A stretch of 32,000 nt of DNA, taken from contig NC_017039.1 in NCBI RefSeq assembly GCF_000284455.1, forward strand, positions 480,001 to 512,000. The letters run 5' to 3'. The notes beneath the pieces were generated by a model. It did not search any database. It saw only the letters and a list, made by a program, of their open reading frames with translations, and had not been told where the DNA came from. Positions 26,354-32,000 of the stretch are shown here, piece after piece (position 1 is the first letter of the stretch; every line of letters starts with the position of its first letter). This stretch comes from Synechocystis sp. PCC 6803 substr. PCC-P. Lineage in GTDB: Bacteria > Cyanobacteriota > Cyanobacteriia > Cyanobacteriales > Microcystaceae. The position numbers and the translations under genes are program-made.

Positions 26354-28129
26354 CTAGGCGGTCGGAGTCGTAAAATCGTTAATTGTCAATTTACCACCAG
26401 TGTAGTTTTGGAGTTCGATAAAGGCATCGGTGTTGGGATTGAAGCCAAACGAGCCATTATTGATAGCCACAAAGGTGCGTGCCCCTGATCCACTGCCTAC
26501 TGTGATTTGAGCAGCGTCGTATTGCCCCAGGGTTGCCAAACCAAGCACTGTTGCTCCTAGTCCAAGGATGCTGTTAACGCTCAGATGGCGAACCGCAGGA
26601 GAGAAGAAACCGTTGTTGGTGGGGGCAGATTGAACCAAGAACTTATCTTCACCACGAGTGAAATCGGTAATCACGTCAACCTTGGACAAATTAACGTTGA
26701 ACCAGGAGAGGCCGAGCTGGGAATCCTTAAGATTGGTGTAGTCAAATAGGTCATTACCCATACCACCAGTCAAAATATCCTTATCGGCACCACCGATAAT
26801 CAGATCATTGCCAGCACGGCCATTCAAAGTGTCATTGCCGTGACCGCCCATCAAAGTGTCATTTTTTTGGAAGCCAACTATGCTGTCATCGCCTTTACCG
26901 CCATCAAGAATGTTCTCTTGATCATCACCAATAATGATGTCATTCCCAATGGTACCGATAACGTTGTCAAAGTTGACCACCTTGACCAAACTTTGAGGAG
27001 AGCTTGCACCAGAAATCAAGATACTTTGCATGCCTAGGTCTACGTTGATAGTAATGCCTAGATCCGCACCAGAAAAGTCAATGGTGTTATTGTCCACACT
27101 GCCATCGGCGATGACTTCTTCGATGTTGAGGAGCGTATCTATGCCCAGGGATCCTAGAGGGCCTTTCTCAACGGTTAAAGTTAGATCACCAGCCCCTTTC
27201 AAGGTGATAGAACGAGGAAGAACAACCGGATCCTGTACAGTTCCATAATCCGCAGTATCAGTATCTGCACCACCGGGATCGGTACCACCGTCCAGGACGT
27301 CATTGCCGTCGCCACCATATAAAGTGTCATTTCCTAGGTCGCCGAATACGCTGTCATTTCCTAGATCACCGTATAAGCTGTCATTGTCTTGTCCACCCCT
27401 GACAATATCATTGCCTTGTCCACCCCTGACGGTATCATCGCCAACATTACCGTTCAGGGAATCCTCGCCCATATTACCGTTCAGTAAGTCATTTCCCTCA
27501 CCTCCGGATATGGTGTCATTTCCCCCCAGACCACGTATGGTGTCATTTCCTCCTAGACCAGATAGGACGTTGTTTTCACCGTTACCGTCGATGATGTTGT
27601 CTAGGTCATTACCCTCACCTATGATGGCAGTCCCCGTCAGGGTTAGATTTTCAATGAAGGTGGGTGTTAACTCGGGCCTCGTCAGTGGCTCACTCAGAAA
27701 CAAATATGCTGCATACTTAGTTGCACCTAGCGTGGCCAAAGCCGCTCCATTGTTTACCAACCCATTGATGGCAGGCAAGTAGAACGGCCCAGTATTTAGA
27801 GAATAATCCACAGACGATATAACGGAGTCCATGCCACCACCAGCACTCGCCTCACCGACCTTGTCGCCCGTATTATCAACGTAGTAAGTGTCGTCACCTG
27901 AACCGCCGAACATAATATCAGCGCCTGTGCCACCATCCAGGATGTCATCCCCTCCTAACCCGACAAGAATATCATTTCCTGCTTTGCCGTTGATGACATC
28001 ATCTATATCACTATCGACAAACGGAGGAGACAATGATAAGTCAATCGATCCAATCAAGGCTGGCCTGAAATCAAAAAGACCGGCGAATGTATTGTTGTCG
28101 TTGCCATTCGTTCCGTTAATGAGAGCCAT
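26354..28129 (-). CDS. RTX-type (hemolysin-type Ca2+-binding nonapeptide repeat) secreted protein, FrpC-like
   Basis: 591-aa ORF with many GGxGxDxL/I nonapeptides (GLGGDDILDGGTGADIMFGGSGDDTYY, GLGGNDTIRGLGGNDTISGGEGNDLLNGNMGEDSLNGNVGDDTVRGGQGNDIVRGGQDNDSLYGDLGNDSVFGDLGNDTLYGGDGNDVLDGG). There is no N-terminal signal peptide. The C-terminus ...DAFIELQNYTGGKLTINDFTTPTA resembles a type I secretion C-terminal target domain. Confidence 0.85.
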   Translation of the reverse strand: MALINGTNGNDNNTFAGLFDFRPALIGSIDLSLSPPFVDSDIDDVINGKAGNDILVGLGGDDILDGGTGADIMFGGSGDDTYYVDNTGDKVGEASAGGGMDSVISSVDYSLNTGPFYLPAINGLVNNGAALATLGATKYAAYLFLSEPLTRPELTPTFIENLTLTGTAIIGEGNDLDNIIDGNGENNVLSGLGGNDTIRGLGGNDTISGGEGNDLLNGNMGEDSLNGNVGDDTVRGGQGNDIVRGGQDNDSLYGDLGNDSVFGDLGNDTLYGGDGNDVLDGGTDPGGADTDTADYGTVQDPVVLPRSITLKGAGDLTLTVEKGPLGSLGIDTLLNIEEVIADGSVDNNTIDFSGADLGITINVDLGMQSILISGASSPQSLVKVVNFDNVIGTIGNDIIIGDDQENILDGGKGDDSIVGFQKNDTLMGGHGNDTLNGRAGNDLIIGGADKDILTGGMGNDLFDYTNLKDSQLGLSWFNVNLSKVDVITDFTRGEDKFLVQSAPTNNGFFSPAVRHLSVNSILGLGATVLGLATLGQYDAAQITVGSGSGARTFVAINNGSFGFNPNTDAFIELQNYTGGKLTINDFTTPTA

Positions 28130-28616
28130 AGTACTTAACCTCTAGTAGTGAAATAAACTGTAGAGCAGAAAAAAATATAGTGCTCGATCGCCGAGCATTG
28201 TGTAGTTTAGGATTGCGGCGGGTGACTGAGTCTAGGTTGGGACGAAAGCCTCAAGTCAAGGGATATTTAGTATTTTCCAGATGAACCAGTAGAGTTTGAC
28301 ATCCACTTTCGGTGTTCATACTTAAATCCTACACTGGGTTGATTGATTTAAGTGCTAAGAAATGCTTAAGACTTTCAATTTTATGTTAATTTTTATGTTC
28401 TTTAAGTTGAGCTTTGTAAACTTAGGTTTTTTATTCACCGATCAGCTCGCCAAAAATTGTGCGGTGCAAAGATGGATTTCCCGGCGATCGCCACTGTTTA
28501 ATTTCAGGTTCAAAGCCAGGAATGCCCCCACTGCCTCGAATTTTCTGCTAGAAATACCTAGGGGCCTGTTGCAAAAATCCCTTTAAAATCGAACCCTTTA
28601 GGAGAACACCACTTAT

Positions 28617-31600
28617 ATGTTTACTAACGTCAAGTCCACCATCCGCCGTGTTGATCCCGAAGCGTTGAATGGACGCCAGCTACTCAAGGTGGTTTATGTG
28701 GTCTTGGAATCCCAGTATCAGAGCGCTTTGTCGGCGGCCGTTAGAAACATTAACCGTACCAACTCCAGCCTGGCCATTCAGTTAACGGGCTATTTGATCG
28801 AGGAGTTGCGGGACCCGGAAAATTACGCCAACTTTAAACATGACGTCAGCGAAGCTAATCTCTTCATTGCTTCCCTGATTTTTATTGAAGATCTGGCCGA
28901 TAAGGTGGTGGAAGCGGTAACTCCCTATCGGGACAATTTGGATGCGGCGATCGTGTTCCCCTCCATGCCCCAGGTGATGCGCCTGAACAAAATGGGTTCC
29001 TTTTCCATGGCGCAATTGGGCCAGTCCAAAAGTGCGATCGCCCAGTTCATGAAAAAGCGCAAGGAAAACAGCAGTGGTGCTGGCTTCCAGGATGCGATGT
29101 TGAAACTGTTGCGGACCCTGCCCACGGTGTTGAAATATTTGCCGGTGGAAAAGGCCCAGGATGCCCGTAATTTTATGCTCAGCTTCCAGTATTGGTTGGG
29201 AGGCTCCCAGGAGAACTTGGAAAACTTCCTGCTGATGCTGACCGACAAGTATGTTTATCCTGATTTGGGCTTGGATAAACTGGTCAACTACCAGGAGCCA
29301 GTGGTCTATCCCGATATGGGCATTTGGCATCCCCTGTCCATGCAGATGTTTGAAAACGTGAAGGATTACCTGGAGTGGTATAACCAACGTCCCGACATCA
29401 GCGAAGATCTCAAAGATCCTTTAGCCCCCTGCATTGGTCTGATTATGCAACGCACCCACCTCGTCACCGGGGATGATGCCCATTACGTTGGCATGGTGCA
29501 GGAATTGGAAGCCATGGGGGCCCGAGTGATCTGCGTGTTCTCCGGCGGTTTAGATTTCTCCAAGCCTGTCAACGAATATTTCTGGGATAAATCCGTTAAC
29601 GGTGTGGAACCCCTGCCCATTGTGGATGCGGTGGTTTCGTTAACTGGTTTTGCTCTGGTGGGTGGCCCCGCTCGTCAAGATCATCCCCGTGCCATTGAAT
29701 CCCTGAAAAAGCTCAACCGTCCCTATATGTGCGCCCTGCCCCTGGTGTTCCAAACCACAGAGGAGTGGGAAGCCAGCGATTTAGGTTTACACCCCATCCA
29801 AGTGGCGTTACAAATTGCCATTCCTGAACTGGACGGGGCGATCGAACCGATTATTCTTTCCGGTCGGGATGGTTCCACCGGTCGGGCCATTGCTCTCCAA
29901 GACCGCCTAGAGGCGATCGCCCAGCGGGCCATGAAGTGGGCTAATTTACGCAAAAAACCTAAGCTGGATAAAAAAGTTGCCATTACCGTATTCAGTTTCC
30001 CCCCCGATAAAGGCAATGTGGGCACAGCGGCCTATCTGGACGTGTTTGGCTCCATCTATGAAGTGATGAAAGGCCTCCAGGGCAACGGCTACGATGTGCA
30101 AGATTTACCCGGTTCCGCCAAGGAATTAATGGAAGCGGTCATCCACGATGCCCAAGCCCAATACAACAGCCCAGAATTAAACATCGCCCATCGCATGTCG
30201 GTGGAGCAGTATGAACGCCTGACCCCCTACTCGGTGCGGTTGGAGGAAAATTGGGGCAAACCCCCCGGACATCTGAACAGCGACGGGCAAAATTTACTGA
30301 TCTACGGTAAGGAATTCGGTAACGTCTTCATCGGTGTACAACCCACCTTTGGTTACGAAGGGGACCCCATGCGCTTGCTATTCTCCCGTTCCGCCAGTCC
30401 CCATCACGGTTTTGCCGCTTACTACACCTATTTGAACCACATTTGGAAAGCCGATGCGGTATTACATTTCGGCACCCACGGTTCTTTGGAATTTATGCCC
30501 GGTAAACAGATGGGCATGTCCGGGGAATGCTATCCCGATAATTTGATTGGCACCATTCCCAACTTGTACTACTACGCCGCCAACAATCCTTCTGAAGCTA
30601 CCATCGCCAAACGGCGGGGTTATGCGTCCACCATTTCCTACTTGACCCCTCCCGCAGAAAATGCCGGTTTATACAAAGGTTTGCAGGAGTTAAACGAGCT
30701 AATTGGCTCCTACCAAACCCTGAAGGATTCCGGCCGGGGCATCCAGATTGTTAATACCATCATGGACCAGGCCCGCATCTGTAACCTTGACCAAGATGTC
30801 AATTTGCCCGACATCAACGCCGAGGAAATGGATCAAGGTCAGCGGGATACCATTGTCGGTTCCGTTTACCGCAAGCTGATGGAAATTGAGTCTAGGCTCC
30901 TGCCCTGTGGTCTCCATGTCATTGGCCAGCCCCCAAGCGCCGAAGAGGCGATCGCCACCCTGGTAAACATTGCCAGTTTGGACCGGGAAGATGAAGGCAT
31001 TTGGGCTTTGCCTACCCTGATTGCGGAAAGCATCGGGCGCAATATGGAGGAAATTTACCGCAACAGTGACAAGGGGATTTTGGCCGACGTGGAATTGTTG
31101 CAAGACATTACCCTAGCTACCAGGGCTGCTGTGGCCGCTCTGGTACAGGAACAAATTAATGCCGACGGTCGAGTTTCCTTTGTTTCCAAGCTGAACTTCT
31201 TCAAAATTGGCAAAAAAGCTCCCTGGGTCAAATCCCTCTGCGATTCCGGCTACCCCAACGTCAATGAAGAAAAACTCAAACCCCTGTTTGAATACCTGGA
31301 ATTCTGTTTGGAACAGGTTTGTGCCGACAACGAATTTGGTGGCCTACTCCAAGCCCTGGAAGGGGAATACGTCCTGCCCGGCCCTGGTGGCGACCCCATC
31401 CGTAACCCCAATGTGTTGCCCACAGGAAAAAATATCCACGCCCTCGATCCCCAATCCATCCCCACCCTGGCCGCTGTCCAATCCGCCAAAGTAGTGGTCG
31501 ATCGCCTGTTGGAACGGCAACGCGCCGAAAATGGTGGTAATTATCCCGAAACCATTGCTTCTGTGCTCTGGGGTACGGATAACATCAAAACCTACGGCGA

Positions 31601-32000
31601 ATCCCTGGCCCAAATTATGTGGATGGTGGGAGCCAAACCCGTCCCCGATGCCCTCGGTCGGGTAAATAAAATCGAACTGGTGCCCCTGGAAGAACTGGGT
31701 CGCCCCCGCATTGACGTGGTGGTGAATTGTTCCGGGGTATTCCGGGATCTGTTTATTAACCAAATGAACCTGTTGGATCAAGCGGTGAAACTAGCCGCCG
31801 AAGCCGATGAACCCCTGGAAATGAACTTCGTTCGTAAGCACGCCCTGGAACAGGCAGAAGAGATGGGCATTGGCGTAAGGGAAGCGGCCACCCGGATTTT
31901 CTCCAACGCCTCCGGTTCCTATTCTTCCAACGTCAACTTAGCGGTAGAAAACAGCAGTTGGGAAGATGAGTCGGAATTGCAGGAAATGTACCTCAAACGC
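28617..32000 (+). CDS. chlH: Magnesium chelatase H subunit (protoporphyrin IX Mg-chelatase), first ~1128 codons; continues past the window end
   Basis: Absent from the ORF track (no stop in the window). The ATG at 28617 is preceded by TAGGAGA. It reads [101 protein letters not shown], the canonical ChlH/BchH N-terminus. The frame stays open to position 32000. Confidence 0.9.
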   Translation, partial: MFTNVKSTIRRVDPEALNGRQLLKVVYVVLESQYQSALSAAVRNINRTNSSLAIQLTGYLIEELRDPENYANFKHDVSEANLFIASLIFIEDLADKVVEAVTPYRDNLDAAIVFPSMPQVMRLNKMGSFSMAQLGQSKSAIAQFMKKRKENSSGAGFQDAMLKLLRTLPTVLKYLPVEKAQDARNFMLSFQYWLGGSQENLENFLLMLTDKYVYPDLGLDKLVNYQEPVVYPDMGIWHPLSMQMFENVKDYLEWYNQRPDISEDLKDPLAPCIGLIMQRTHLVTGDDAHYVGMVQELEAMGARVICVFSGGLDFSKPVNEYFWDKSVNGVEPLPIVDAVVSLTGFALVGGPARQDHPRAIESLKKLNRPYMCALPLVFQTTEEWEASDLGLHPIQVALQIAIPELDGAIEPIILSGRDGSTGRAIALQDRLEAIAQRAMKWANLRKKPKLDKKVAITVFSFPPDKGNVGTAAYLDVFGSIYEVMKGLQGNGYDVQDLPGSAKELMEAVIHDAQAQYNSPELNIAHRMSVEQYERLTPYSVRLEENWGKPPGHLNSDGQNLLIYGKEFGNVFIGVQPTFGYEGDPMRLLFSRSASPHHGFAAYYTYLNHIWKADAVLHFGTHGSLEFMPGKQMGMSGECYPDNLIGTIPNLYYYAANNPSEATIAKRRGYASTISYLTPPAENAGLYKGLQELNELIGSYQTLKDSGRGIQIVNTIMDQARICNLDQDVNLPDINAEEMDQGQRDTIVGSVYRKLMEIESRLLPCGLHVIGQPPSAEEAIATLVNIASLDREDEGIWALPTLIAESIGRNMEEIYRNSDKGILADVELLQDITLATRAAVAALVQEQINADGRVSFVSKLNFFKIGKKAPWVKSLCDSGYPNVNEEKLKPLFEYLEFCLEQVCADNEFGGLLQALEGEYVLPGPGGDPIRNPNVLPTGKNIHALDPQSIPTLAAVQSAKVVVDRLLERQRAENGGNYPETIASVLWGTDNIKTYGESLAQIMWMVGAKPVPDALGRVNKIELVPLEELGRPRIDVVVNCSGVFRDLFINQMNLLDQAVKLAAEADEPLEMNFVRKHALEQAEEMGIGVREAATRIFSNASGSYSSNVNLAVENSSWEDESELQEMYLKR

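Noticed and set aside
26840-28145. Plus-strand ORFs antisense to the RTX gene (e.g. 27303..27782, 159 aa, Pro/Ser-rich)
   Set aside because: This is an artefact of the GGxGxD repeat codons read on the opposite strand. The periodic low-complexity translation mirrors the repeat.
28362-28586. 74-aa ORF in the RTX-chlH intergenic region (MLKTFNFMLIFMFFKLSF...)
   Set aside because: It starts in very AT-rich DNA, has Phe/Leu/Lys codon bias typical of a random AT-rich frame, shows no SD and no motif. It more likely represents promoter DNA for chlH.
28782-31781. Minus-strand ORFs of 100-201 aa inside chlH (28782..29387, 29723..30025, 30699..31103, 31344..31781)
   Set aside because: They overlap a highly conserved, confidently identified ChlH reading frame. 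The translations are His/Gln/Gly-rich with no domain signatures.

Overview
Cyanobacterial chromosomal DNA. Gene content, gene order and a roughly 1-per-kb density of the HIP1 octamer GCGATCGC match what I remember of Synechocystis sp. PCC 6803. The order is gltB/sll1502, slr1608, cbiA/sll1501, sll1500, aas/slr1609, pilGHIJ/slr1041-1044, ycf63, tatA, a GGDEF protein, an SbcC-like protein, a J-domain protein, rpmF, a GT39-like protein, fabI/slr1051, two unknowns, an RTX frpC-like protein/sll1009 and chlH/slr1055. Locus tags are from memory and unverified. The window is mostly core housekeeping. It holds 21 confident CDSs, one candidate micro-ORF and one decayed Uma2/DUF820 pseudogene. gltB and chlH run off the window edges and are missing from the ORF track; rpmF is too short for the track. 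I saw no rRNA/tRNA, CRISPR array, transposase or recognisable defence island, and I could not identify a clear-cut novel multi-gene system. Five things are not explained by plain gene annotation and are most worth follow-up. (i) A 111-nt inverted-repeat pair, 107/111 identical (9480-9590 and 16312-16422), brackets the 6.7-kb pilG-pilH-pilI-pilJ-ycf63-tatA block. (ii) An AT-rich block starts right after the second repeat. It carries a GAF-GGDEF cyclase, an unlisted 55-codon two-TM micro-ORF, and an orphan Rad50/SbcC-like zinc-hook ATPase with no SbcD. (iii) A J-domain / His-rich / pentapeptide-repeat fusion protein. (iv) A CheA-less chemotaxis-like module with an atypical MCP. (v) A GT39 (PMT)-type glycosyltransferase. 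All functional calls rest on motif reading by eye; no searches were run.
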